A stretch of DNA of 37,729 bases from a virus (IMGVR_UViG_3300022862_000013:1-37729); one strand, 5' to 3'. Positions 27,047 to 35,144 are shown, counted from the stretch's first letter. Notes: generated by a model not told the origin, from the letters alone. Program-made: numbers and translations.

Positions 27047-27362
27047 CGTTCGATTCCTTCGGCAGACGCTTGTCGGCCAGTCGCATGATCCACGACCGAA
27101 CCACTTCAACACCGGCATAGCCGATCAGGCAGCCGACGAAAATGGAAAGATCGCCCGGCAGGTTGAGCCACGCCAAGCCGGGCACCGCACACCAGGTCAT
27201 GCACGCGCACAACAATGCGTCGAAACACTTCTGCCGCTTGGTGCCGCCGTAGTAGCTGACACGCAGGAACGCCACGACGCCGGACATGCCAGCCGCGCCC
27301 AACTCGGGGGCATGGGTGCTGGCCCAAGTCGCGGCGCGCTCGATGAGGTCGGGGTTATCCAT
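27030..27362 (-). CDS. Holin, lambda family
   Basis: Three hydrophobic segments; AFLRVSYYGG and DALLC motifs; basic C-terminus. Confidence 0.85.
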   Translation of the reverse strand: MDNPDLIERAATWASTHAPELGAAGMSGVVAFLRVSYYGGTKRQKCFDALLCACMTWCAVPGLAWLNLPGDLSIFVGCLIGYAGVEVVRSWIMRLADKRLPKESNDAAPR

Positions 27363-27382
27363 GGGGTGCTTCCAGAATGCAG

Positions 27383-27409
27383 AAAGCCCAGCGCTTAGGG
27401 CTGGGCTTT
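27383..27409 (-). terminator. Late-leader terminator 2
   Basis: Perfect AAAGCCCAGC/GCTGGGCTTT stem. Confidence 0.75.
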
Positions 27410-27430
27410 GAAATGGGGAGCCAGAAAGAC

Positions 27431-27457
27431 AAAACCCCCAGCTGGGGGCTGGGGGTT
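27431..27457 (-). terminator. Late-leader terminator 1 (tR'-like)
   Basis: AACCCCCAGC/GCTGGGGGTT stem plus T run. Confidence 0.7.
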
Positions 27458-27522
27458 CTGCAGGCTTCCGACTGATGGCTTACAACGTCGCGTGACGCGC
27501 TTCATTTGCCACGCTAAGGCAA

Positions 27523-27583
27523 AAGGTACGGTTTATTGCACGGCCAGTCAACACCTTTTGTGTAGAAGTACACGATTTGTGCG
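27523..27583 (-). promoter_or_regulatory. Late promoter (pR'-like) TTGACT-N17-TACCTT with two tandem operators (27550-27564, 27569-27583)
   Basis: Upstream of the terminators and holin; operators match the cI/cro-region motif. Confidence 0.7.
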
Positions 27584-27615
27584 AAACCGCTCCCCTGATC
27601 ACTCGCCGTTACGCG

Positions 27616-27996
27616 TCACGCGTCCACCGTAGGGATGCGCAGCTTCCAGGCGGTCGGTGTGTGCAGACAAGCCAGCTCCCCCTTGAATGCTCCTTTGCAC
27701 CCTTCCGGTAGCACCTTGCCGCACTGCTGGCACGGGTACTTCTGCGCATCAGCAATCTGCCCCTTGAGTCGGGCGGCATCCTCGCGGATCAGGGCTACCA
27801 GGTACTCTTCCAGCTCGTAGGCCTCCCCCACTCCCGAGCGGGTCGCCATGGAAGACTCCAGCTCACTGGCGATGGTCGGGGGCAGCTTAAAGCGAACCTC
27901 CTTCACCCCGCCCGCCTTCAACTTTGCCCGGCGCCTCTGCTGACGCTTGGTGCCTGGCTTTACCTTGTCGTTACGCGTAACGCCTTGTTCACTCAT
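27616..27996 (-). CDS. Basic helix + RHH-like protein with C-terminal Cys4 Zn-finger; candidate reader of the dispersed palindromes
   Basis: KRQQRRRAKLK-EVRFKL-helix-EEYLVALIRED; CQQC..C..C. Confidence 0.7.
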   Translation of the reverse strand: MSEQGVTRNDKVKPGTKRQQRRRAKLKAGGVKEVRFKLPPTIASELESSMATRSGVGEAYELEEYLVALIREDAARLKGQIADAQKYPCQQCGKVLPEGCKGAFKGELACLHTPTAWKLRIPTVDA

Positions 27997-28165
27997 GCCG
28001 GCCTTCCTCGACACTCACCGGCGGCAGGCTGGGCTTGTCTTCCAACAACTCCACCACCTTGGCCAGCAGTGCGGATCGGTATTTGCTCAGGGTCTGGAAC
28101 GACATAGCAAAACCATCATTGGCAATGAGCCTGCCCAGCTCGGCCACCTTTGCCAGGTCGCTCAT
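27989..28165 (-). CDS. Hypothetical protein (58 aa)
   Basis: GGAGG RBS; overlaps both neighbours. Confidence 0.75.
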   Translation of the reverse strand: MSDLAKVAELGRLIANDGFAMSFQTLSKYRSALLAKVVELLEDKPSLPPVSVEEGRHE

Positions 28166-28593
28166 GGCTGCACCCTCCGCGCCCAGGAACATACGGGGCC
28201 GTTTTCACTGTCGCAGATCGACAGCTTGAACCACCCTTCACCGGCCGGGACTTCCGGCTCCCAGCCCAAGCAATGGGCCGCGCCTTGAGTCCAATACGGG
28301 TGATCCTGCGAGCCGGACCATTCCATTTCATCCCATGCCACGCTCAGGCCCTGCCCGACAAACCATGCCTCAAAGGCTTCGCGGTCCTCCCCGAACTGGG
28401 GCAACTGCGGATGGCTCCAGTAACCCGTCTCTGGGCAGCGAACCACCTCGGTCGATTGAATAAGCTGAACCACCGAAAGGACCCTGATTCCACCAGTTGC
28501 TCGGCTGCAATGTTGGTAGTTCATCCGCACCGTGCGCTCCGATCCAGGCTTGGCCGGGTCCATGCTGGCTATGGTAATGGTCTCTGCTTTCAT
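28162..28593 (-). CDS. Hypothetical phage protein
   Basis: AGGA RBS; GYWSHP and WEPEVPAGEGWF motifs; operon coupling. Confidence 0.75.
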   Translation of the reverse strand: MKAETITIASMDPAKPGSERTVRMNYQHCSRATGGIRVLSVVQLIQSTEVVRCPETGYWSHPQLPQFGEDREAFEAWFVGQGLSVAWDEMEWSGSQDHPYWTQGAAHCLGWEPEVPAGEGWFKLSICDSENGPVCSWARRVQP

Positions 28594-28622
28594 GTCCTAA
28601 CATTCTCCCTAGTGATGGATGT

Positions 28623-29909
28623 TCAAACGGCGCTCAAGGCCGCGTGCGGGTTGGCTTGGTGGTCGGTGCCGCTTGCGGCCTGTCCCGGTGATGTCTCGAT
28701 GGCAAAAAAAGAGAGGCCATGCGTTTCCAGGCAGGCGTGCCAGCGCTGCAGGGCCTCGCGTTTCAGTACCTGGGCATGGGTGTGGATATAGGCGGCGTCG
28801 AGGTCGCGCAGCGCGTGGTTCAGCAGCAGCTCGCCAATCAGGTAATCCACGCCGAGGTCGGCCCACATCGTCCTGGCGATCTTGCGCAGGTCGTGCGCAC
28901 TCCACTCCCCGCCAAACAACGCCACCTTGTCCTGGGCTTGGCGGTCGGCTAGCGGCTGACCATCACCACGCGGGAACAGGTACACACCGCGATAGCCGGC
29001 CAGGTGCTGCCAGTGGCGGTAAGCCTTGAGCATGGCCAGCACCGGAGCCGTCAGCGGCAGGCGATGGTCAGCCCGGGTCTTGGTCTGGTCGGCCGGCAGG
29101 AACCACTCCCCGCCCTCCACCAGGTCAAAGTCACTCCACTTGGCCAGGGTGGTTTCGTGAATGCGGGTGCCATGGCAAAGCATCAGCAGCACCAACATGG
29201 CGGCCTTCACATCGCGCACCCACAGCTCGGTCGCCTTGCTGATGATTTCGGGCAATTGCTGCGGACGAATGGCGCACGGTTTCGGGCGAATCCGCACCTC
29301 GGTGAAGTCACTGAACACCACGTCGCCCAGTGGGTTGATGGTCAGCTTTTTGAGCTTCTTGGCACGCTTGAAGGCTTGTTTGAGCAGGGCAAAGGCTTGG
29401 CGGGTATAGGCCAGGCTGCGCACCTCCTGCATGGGCCAAATAAGCCGTTCATCCACCGACTCCCCGTCAACGTCCACCAGGTTTAAGGAACTCAGGCGCG
29501 GCAGCAGCTGACAGTTGATCAGTGAGCGGATGTTGTCACGGCGGTTCTTGGACAGGCCACGGTCGACGGCCGCGCGCTCATTGAACCAGGTCAGCAGGTC
29601 ACCCACCCGCACCCAACCCGCCGCACCGATCATGGCCGATGGGTCGGCGGTCAGTTCGGCCAACTTGACCGGCATCAGCTCGATGGCAGCCTTAACGGGC
29701 AGGTCGGGCCAGTTGGCGATTTTCTTCGATTGGCTCTTGCCGCCGCCATGACGCACCAGTAGCCAAGAGGCCCGGTTACGGTCACGGCCGAAGCGCAGCA
29801 TGAGGGGTGGGTAGCGAGGGTCGCGCACCTGGCGCACCTCGGGCAGGCCAGCGAGGCGCTTGATTTCGGCTTCGCTGAATTTGACGTGCTGGGTCTGACT
29901 GGGGGTCAT
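28623..29909 (-). CDS. Tyrosine recombinase (integrase/resolvase)
   Basis: Intact R (GTRIHE), K, HDLR, H and Y (AAY) catalytic set; N-terminal arm-type domain. Confidence 0.92.
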   Translation of the reverse strand: MTPSQTQHVKFSEAEIKRLAGLPEVRQVRDPRYPPLMLRFGRDRNRASWLLVRHGGGKSQSKKIANWPDLPVKAAIELMPVKLAELTADPSAMIGAAGWVRVGDLLTWFNERAAVDRGLSKNRRDNIRSLINCQLLPRLSSLNLVDVDGESVDERLIWPMQEVRSLAYTRQAFALLKQAFKRAKKLKKLTINPLGDVVFSDFTEVRIRPKPCAIRPQQLPEIISKATELWVRDVKAAMLVLLMLCHGTRIHETTLAKWSDFDLVEGGEWFLPADQTKTRADHRLPLTAPVLAMLKAYRHWQHLAGYRGVYLFPRGDGQPLADRQAQDKVALFGGEWSAHDLRKIARTMWADLGVDYLIGELLLNHALRDLDAAYIHTHAQVLKREALQRWHACLETHGLSFFAIETSPGQAASGTDHQANPHAALSAV

Positions 29910-30033
29910 CGCCGGGCTCCTTGTGCAGGTGACCCGGCAGGTGTCGGGTCGTTACAGGCGCAGCGCGCCCCTACCCACGCCAATGGGCATCAGAAGGGAC
30001 GGCACTGCGAACAGGGTCATGCGGGGTGGTCGA

Positions 30034-30645
30034 TCAGTTGTCTGTGGCTTCGGTGCGGTCGATGGCTTCGATGGCGGCCAGAATCAGCGCACCGGCCTTG
30101 ACCAGTGTTTGCCGGCGGGTAGCCCCCGGCTTGAACGAGGACGGGTGAAACGGCCAATACAGATCCAGGCGCGCCCGTGGCAGGCCAGCGGCATGACCGA
30201 CATAGCCGACGGCAGCACGCTCCAGCTGATACTTGCTATAGGCCGCGTCATCGTCGGGGGAATGGCCCTCTTCCACGATCTGCCGCACACGCTCTTCAAT
30301 CACGCAATGGGCCGCCTCGCGGATGAAATCACCCACCGCACCACCCAGCAGGTCAGCAAGCGGCGAAGCCGGCTCAGTGGCGACCAATGCGGTTTCGGGC
30401 TCGCTCGGCACGGGACCGGCAGGCGCGGGCAACTCGGTGGTCAGCTCGCTAGCGGGTTCGGGCTCTTGGGTGCCGGTCGATTGCTCACCGCCGGCACCGT
30501 CGATGGGGGTGGGTTGATCGCCGATCTTCACCACCGCCGCGCCGGCAGTCTCGCTGACTTGGGCATTGTTCTGGCCGTTGTCTTGCTGATCGTTGCCGGA
30601 TGGATCGGCGGCCGGGGTTTTGGCGCGCGGGGTCTTGGCAGCCAT
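30034..30645 (-). CDS. Hypothetical protein: low-complexity N-terminus plus helical phage domain (ERVRQIVEEG...LVKAGALILA)
   Basis: GGAG RBS; recognisable phage domain, function uncertain. Confidence 0.75.
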   Translation of the reverse strand: MAAKTPRAKTPAADPSGNDQQDNGQNNAQVSETAGAAVVKIGDQPTPIDGAGGEQSTGTQEPEPASELTTELPAPAGPVPSEPETALVATEPASPLADLLGGAVGDFIREAAHCVIEERVRQIVEEGHSPDDDAAYSKYQLERAAVGYVGHAAGLPRARLDLYWPFHPSSFKPGATRRQTLVKAGALILAAIEAIDRTEATDN

Positions 30646-30648
30646 GGT

Positions 30649-31077
30649 TTACTCCTGAGGGGTCGTTTTCGGCGAGCGGAACTGCCCGGCCGGGGTGAAC
30701 AGCGCGGTTTCAAGGTCCGCACCTTTGGCCATGCGCTTGCGCACGGTGGAAGCGGTCACGCTCAGGCCGAAGTGCTCGATCAGCTGGGCGATGGTGCCGT
30801 GACTGTCACGCACCGTGTGGCTGTACATGGCTCGGGTGGCTGCACCGGCCTTGTCGCGCACCGCGCGCAGGTGGTCCGGGCAATGGCCTTTTATGGATTC
30901 GTAATAGCGGCGCTGGTCGACACTGCGGCCGGGGCCTACCCACTGCACATCCTGCAGGGTGCTAAGGATGCGCATGAAGCGCGCGTAGCGAATGCCGAGC
31001 GCCTGGAACACGGCTGTGCGGCTGAGCCCGCGAGCGGCTGAGGCCCGCATATAGCGCTCAACTTCGGCCGTGGTCAT
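30649..31077 (-). CDS. Hypothetical HTH-like DNA-binding protein
   Basis: TVRKRMAKGADLETALFTP motif; ATGA coupling. Confidence 0.7.
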   Translation of the reverse strand: MTTAEVERYMRASAARGLSRTAVFQALGIRYARFMRILSTLQDVQWVGPGRSVDQRRYYESIKGHCPDHLRAVRDKAGAATRAMYSHTVRDSHGTIAQLIEHFGLSVTASTVRKRMAKGADLETALFTPAGQFRSPKTTPQE

Positions 31078-31508
31078 TGCTTGATCCCCAGTTTCTCGCT
31101 CAGCTTCTTGCGGGCTTCGGCCAAGCGCAGGTAATACCAGCGCAGGCCGCGATTCATGGCCAGCGCCTTGTCCATCGGGTTGACGCCCACCGGGCAGAAG
31201 CGGCCCATCTGGCGACGGCGCACCACCTCATTCCAGCCGGCGCACCACTCCAGGCGCAGCACGTCGGCACAGTCCGGGTGAGTCTTGCTCATGCGGTACA
31301 CGGCATCTTCAATGCGCGACTCCAGGCAGTTGTCCGGCATCTGCGCCGGGCGGCCACCACCACCGCCAAAGGAGAAATCACCTTGCGTGTCGATCAGCAG
31401 GGCCAAGGTGCTCACCCCGCCGCCCGGCAGGCTGACGCGGTTGTCGTTGAGCCAGCGCGCCCACAGCTCAAGGGCTTCGTCCAGCGGCCCCCACGCACGA
31501 CGGGCCAT
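31074..31508 (-). CDS. Putative late antiterminator, Q-like
   Basis: LELWARW N-terminus and C-terminal HTH-like segment; pR'/tR'-like target is present. Confidence 0.65.
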   Translation of the reverse strand: MARRAWGPLDEALELWARWLNDNRVSLPGGGVSTLALLIDTQGDFSFGGGGGRPAQMPDNCLESRIEDAVYRMSKTHPDCADVLRLEWCAGWNEVVRRRQMGRFCPVGVNPMDKALAMNRGLRWYYLRLAEARKKLSEKLGIKQ

Positions 31509-31930
31509 CAGTGCGGCCGCCGGTTGAGCAGTACTTCACACAGCGCCTCTTCGGGGTCGAGGTGTTCGCTCAGCTCGCCAAAGCGGTCAGTCACCAACAG
31601 GTCGCCGCGTTGAATGCGCACGACACTGGACAGTGGCCGCGCCAGATGCCAGACAAAGCCGCCGGCCGCGCGTAGCGCCTGCGATTCGGCTTCGCTCAAC
31701 ACGTGCGGATGCAGCAAGCCGGGGTCGCGACGGCGCGGGCGATGCTCCAGGGCGGCGCTCAATGCACGGGCGCGCACGAACTCCGAAGCGGGGCTAAAGT
31801 CAGACAAGCTCAGCGGCAGCACTTCGACCAGACCAATGTCCGGGCGCATCAGGAAGGCCGAAATTGCCCGGCGCGCCTCGAAGGTGCCGCCGGCCAGGCC
31901 GATCAACAGACGCTGACTAGCCGCGGTCAC
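31508..31930 (-). CDS. Degenerate dNMP-kinase-like protein
   Basis: LIGLAG start and E..ALRAAGGFVWHL motif, but no GK[S/T]. Confidence 0.55.
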   Translation of the reverse strand: MTAASQRLLIGLAGGTFEARRAISAFLMRPDIGLVEVLPLSLSDFSPASEFVRARALSAALEHRPRRRDPGLLHPHVLSEAESQALRAAGGFVWHLARPLSSVVRIQRGDLLVTDRFGELSEHLDPEEALCEVLLNRRPH

Positions 31931-32180
31931 TGGCCACCCCCAGCGACTGGGCACGAGCCAGCGGCTCGAAAATGCCGTTGTAGTCCACCGCCCCGCTCGA
32001 CGCCTGGACGATCTTCATGGCCGAGCGAAAGCACGGCGCGCGCTCTTGGCAGTACCAGGAATACACCGTGCGCGGGTTCTCCTGCAGCATCACCGCCACG
32101 GCTCGCGCCCCGTCCTTACCCGGGGCCTTGCCCGGATGGGTACCCGGGGCCTTGCTATCAATCCAGGCGTTTAATTCCAC
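31917..32180 (-). CDS. cro: Cro-like repressor
   Basis: HTH AVAVMLQENPRTVYSW; divergent from cI. Confidence 0.8.
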   Translation of the reverse strand: MELNAWIDSKAPGTHPGKAPGKDGARAVAVMLQENPRTVYSWYCQERAPCFRSAMKIVQASSGAVDYNGIFEPLARAQSLGVASDRG

Positions 32181-32296
32181 GATTCGTGTTCCAATACACT
32201 ATTTGTGGAATCTTAGGGCGAACTCCCTCCCACTTTCAAGCTCTGATGTGTGTGAATTACACTTTATGTGTACTCTTGCCCGCTGACCCATATAAT
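32176..32296. promoter_or_regulatory. cI/cro control region: operators at 32176-32190, 32195-32209 and 32258-32272; leftward TTGAAA-N18-TAAGAT; rightward TATAAT at 32291
   Basis: TCCAC-N5-GTGTT, TACAC-N5-GTGGA and TACAC-N5-GTGTA. Confidence 0.75.
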
Positions 32297-32350
32297 ATTA
32301 GGCAAATATTGACACGGCCCCGGATTCACCGGCCGCCTGAGAGAGTGAGC

Positions 32351-33016
32351 ATGCCAGACCTGAAAATCACCGTTGCCCAGCGATTAAAGCAGTGTCGCCA
32401 TGATCGTAACTGGACCATGAAAACACTGGTCCAGCAGCTGCAAGAACGGTGCGGCGCTGATGTTGGCGAATCGGCCTACTCCAACTGGGAGAACGCCCTG
32501 CGCATGCCGCCACCTGAAATGCTGATCAAGCTGGGCGACCTGTTCGGCGTGGCGCCCGCTTGGCTACAGGGCTTTACTTCGCACTCCAGTGCCAATATGA
32601 GCATGGCCGATTACATCACGGCAAACAGCCCGCACATCGTGACCAAAACCGGCGAAGTGCCTCTTAAGCAAGCGTCGGCCGCCACTGCTTACAACCTGGA
32701 TTACCTCAAATCGCGCAACCTGGACCGCAACCGGGTGCTAGCTATCCGTCAACTGGATTCGAGCATGGCCGGACTCATTGAAGAAGGCGATGAAGTGCTG
32801 ATCGACCAGACCCGCTGCGACATTGACGGCCGCGACCTGTATGCCATAGTCGCGCCAAGCAATGCCGTGTGGATACGCTGGATCAGCCGCGAGCTTGACG
32901 GCACCTATAAGCTCTCAGCACAGAATGACGGCCACCCTGAGGTGATTCTGCAGCCGGATGCTTTCGAGCGTATTACCGTGGTCGGCCGCGTAGCACGCAT
33001 CGCGCATGACCGCTGA
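32351..33016 (+). CDS. cI: CI-like repressor (XRE HTH + S24-like domain, apparently non-catalytic)
   Basis: AYSNWEN HTH; DSSM and VVGRV motifs; the catalytic Lys position reads Arg. Confidence 0.9.
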   Translation: MPDLKITVAQRLKQCRHDRNWTMKTLVQQLQERCGADVGESAYSNWENALRMPPPEMLIKLGDLFGVAPAWLQGFTSHSSANMSMADYITANSPHIVTKTGEVPLKQASAATAYNLDYLKSRNLDRNRVLAIRQLDSSMAGLIEEGDEVLIDQTRCDIDGRDLYAIVAPSNAVWIRWISRELDGTYKLSAQNDGHPEVILQPDAFERITVVGRVARIAHDR

Positions 33017-33033
33017 GTCGTTTCGCCACACCC

Positions 33034-33057
33034 AAAGCCCCGTTAAGGGGCTTTTTT
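33034..33057 (+). terminator. Intrinsic terminator after cI
   Basis: AAAGCCCC-gttaa-GGGGCTTTTTT. Confidence 0.85.
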
Positions 33058-33069
33058 GATGGCTCAATA

Positions 33070-33084
33070 TACACTTTATGTGTA
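33070..33084. promoter_or_regulatory. OL-like operator TACACTTTATGTGTA
   Basis: Identical to 32258-32272. Confidence 0.8.
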
Positions 33085-33126
33085 TTCTGCCACGCATCTC
33101 AGGAACGGCAGGACGGATACCTTCCC

Positions 33127-33378
33127 ATGCACGGCAGCATTACCCCAGACCCAGTAGCATCAACCCTTGTCACCTGCTCTCCGCAAGCGATCCAGGCCAA
33201 CCAACAACGACTGCTGGTGGTGCGCGAGGTCGGCAGTCTCAGCGCCGGCATCACAGCCATTGCTGACCAGTGCTGCAACGAGGGGTACGCACCCATGGAA
33301 AGCCTGGAAAACATCCTGCACCTGTCCCGGCAAATGTCGCGCGCCCTTGCCCAGCTGGGTATTGCCCTGTCCGACTGA
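33127..33378 (+). CDS. Hypothetical early protein (83 aa)
   Basis: First ORF after the OL-like operator. Confidence 0.65.
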   Translation: MHGSITPDPVASTLVTCSPQAIQANQQRLLVVREVGSLSAGITAIADQCCNEGYAPMESLENILHLSRQMSRALAQLGIALSD

Positions 33379-33404
33379 ACCACCTTCGCAAGGATGCACC
33401 CGCA

Positions 33405-33812
33405 ATGAACGCTGTCATGGAAGTCACCGGCGAAGACGTGCTGGGCCTGCCTGGCCAAACGCTGACGCTCGAAGAACTGAATACATTGGTTGGCCTGGCC
33501 GACGGCATCCCCACGGTGAAGCTGGCCCAGCAATTGGGTTTGGATGAACACACCATTGGCCAGATTGAGCGCGCCATTCAGCGCAAGCTGGGCGCGCGCA
33601 ATCGCCTGCATATGATCACCCGTGGCTTTACCCTTGGCGTACTGGTACCGCGAGCACTGTGCCTGATGCTATGCGTGATATCGGCCCTTGAGGTTGACCA
33701 TGACTTGTTTCGTCAGCGCTTCCAGCGCCGCCCGCGCACCAATAACGAAGTGGTCCGCATTGTCCGCATTTCCCCCGGTGCCAGCGCTGGCAACGCCCCT
33801 CTGTACGGCTGA
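33405..33812 (+). CDS. LuxR-type HTH transcriptional regulator
   Basis: LTLEELNTLVGLADG...LAQQLGLDEHTI...IQRKLGARNR; AAGGA RBS. Confidence 0.8.
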   Translation: MNAVMEVTGEDVLGLPGQTLTLEELNTLVGLADGIPTVKLAQQLGLDEHTIGQIERAIQRKLGARNRLHMITRGFTLGVLVPRALCLMLCVISALEVDHDLFRQRFQRRPRTNNEVVRIVRISPGASAGNAPLYG

Positions 33813-33817
33813 CGCCG

Positions 33818-33929
33818 CGCTACAAATCTACATATCTACAATTCGATAATTGTTGAACGCCATCAGGCGCAGCCCTATACTGCGCCCAATCGCTGGAATG
33901 TTGATTTCTACATTTGTAGCTATCAACAT
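33818..33929 (+). promoter_or_regulatory. par promoter TTGAAC-N17-TATACT flanked by two 8-bp-unit arrays (33818-33857, 33898-33929); putative centromere/operator
   Basis: 5 + 4 phased units of the ATCWACAW type. Confidence 0.85.
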
Positions 33930-33953
33930 GGCGCCTTGAATGGAGTTCACCCT

Positions 33954-34598
33954 ATGTCGATCCGCGTTGCTATGGCCGGCCAAAAAGGCGGCGTAAAGAA
34001 GTCTGCCACCGCGCGAGCCATTGCCGCCGCGTTTTCCACCGCTGGCATGAATGTACTGATTGCCGACTTTGACCCGCGCCAAATGACCAGCACGAACTGG
34101 AACCTGCGCCGCCAGGCACGCTTCCCCGACCTGCCAGCCATTACCGCCAAGCCCTATGCCAGCGTGGCGCAGGTGATGCGTGAAGTGGACGACTATGACG
34201 TGGTGATCTTCGACCCGGGCGCCTTCGCCTCGCAGATCATGGTGGAAGCCGCCGGCCATGCCCATTGCGTGATCCTGCCGACCGCCGCCGGACTGGATGA
34301 CCTAGAACCCACCGTAGACCTTGCCAATGACCTGGCACAGCGCGGCGTAGAGCCCCAGCGCATCGTGTTTGCCCTGCACCCGGCCGGTGACAGTGACAGC
34401 GAGCTGGCAGCCGCTCGCGAATACCTCGGCCACACCCCGTATGCGACACTAGACGGCTATATCCCACAGAAAACCATCTACAGCATGGCGCACGACCTTG
34501 GCTTGTCGGTGATCGAAGCCCGCAGCCCAGGTCCACGCCAGAAAGCCGAGAAGCTGATTCAGTCGGCCATCAACACCATAAGCGCACTGACAAATTAA
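33954..34598 (+). CDS. parA: ParA-family partition ATPase (type Ib)
   Basis: GQKGGVKKS, IADFDPRQ and VIFDPG motifs; no N-terminal HTH. Confidence 0.92.
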   Translation: MSIRVAMAGQKGGVKKSATARAIAAAFSTAGMNVLIADFDPRQMTSTNWNLRRQARFPDLPAITAKPYASVAQVMREVDDYDVVIFDPGAFASQIMVEAAGHAHCVILPTAAGLDDLEPTVDLANDLAQRGVEPQRIVFALHPAGDSDSELAAAREYLGHTPYATLDGYIPQKTIYSMAHDLGLSVIEARSPGPRQKAEKLIQSAINTISALTN

Positions 34599-34608
34599 GG
34601 AACACCCC

Positions 34609-34848
34609 ATGACTGTCGAAATCCCTAAAGCGCTCGCCAAGAAGAGCACCAAAGCATCGGTCAAGGGTACCCCGGCCAACATCAAGCCGTTGGAACCTGC
34701 GGCCGCTAAGACCAAAAGCCCGCTTAACGTCCAGCTGGATACCCAGCTGAAAACCGCCATCGCCATCGAAGCGGCGCAACGCGGCATCACCATGACCAAG
34801 CTGCTGGGCGAGATGTGGGACGCTTACGAGGAAAAGAAGCACCGCTGA
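34609..34848 (+). CDS. Ribbon-helix-helix centromere-binding protein (ParG/omega-like)
   Basis: Flexible basic N-terminus plus PLNVQLDTQLKTAIAIEAAQRGITMTKLL; follows parA. Confidence 0.85.
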   Translation: MTVEIPKALAKKSTKASVKGTPANIKPLEPAAAKTKSPLNVQLDTQLKTAIAIEAAQRGITMTKLLGEMWDAYEEKKHR

Positions 34849-34862
34849 TGCAACGCCCAAAC

Positions 34863-34888
34863 AAAAGCCCCGCAGTGCGGGGCTTTTT
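34863..34888. terminator. Bidirectional terminator
   Basis: AAAAGCCCCGC-agt-GCGGGGCTTTTT between convergent operons. Confidence 0.9.
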
Positions 34889-34904
34889 ATTACTCGCGTG
34901 ACCG

Positions 34905-35144
34905 TCACGACTCAACCTGAAACGCCATGATGCCCAGCGAGCGGGTGAACTTCTCTAGGGTGTCCAAACTGGCCCAGGTGCGCGGGCTCTCGCGCTTTGA
35001 GCGAATCGGTACCCAGTTCAGGCCACGACGCGCTGCCAGCTGCCAGCGCTGGCCGTCCTCGGTGCGCTTCACCAGGAACTCGCGCGCCGCCTGGCTCTCG
35101 ACCAGCAATGCCAGCTCGCTTTCATAGTACGCAGAACGCGCCAA
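34905..35144 (-). CDS. Small protein resembling the plasmid ParC / IncN KorA family
   Basis: RSKRESPRTWASLDTLEKF..SLGI..F.V motif, recognised by eye. Confidence 0.55.
   Translation of the reverse strand: MARSAYYESELALLVESQAAREFLVKRTEDGQRWQLAARRGLNWVPIRSKRESPRTWASLDTLEKFTRSLGIMAFQVES

Noticed and set aside
28623-29909. Recombinase as a protelomerase (linear N15-like prophage)
   Set aside because: Motifs are integrase-type, and no long perfect telRL-like palindrome was seen.
29923-31041. Long + strand ORFs (also 17409-19049, 20997-22289, 6196-7338)
   Set aside because: Antisense shadows of recognisable minus-strand genes in GC-rich DNA; no motifs of their own.
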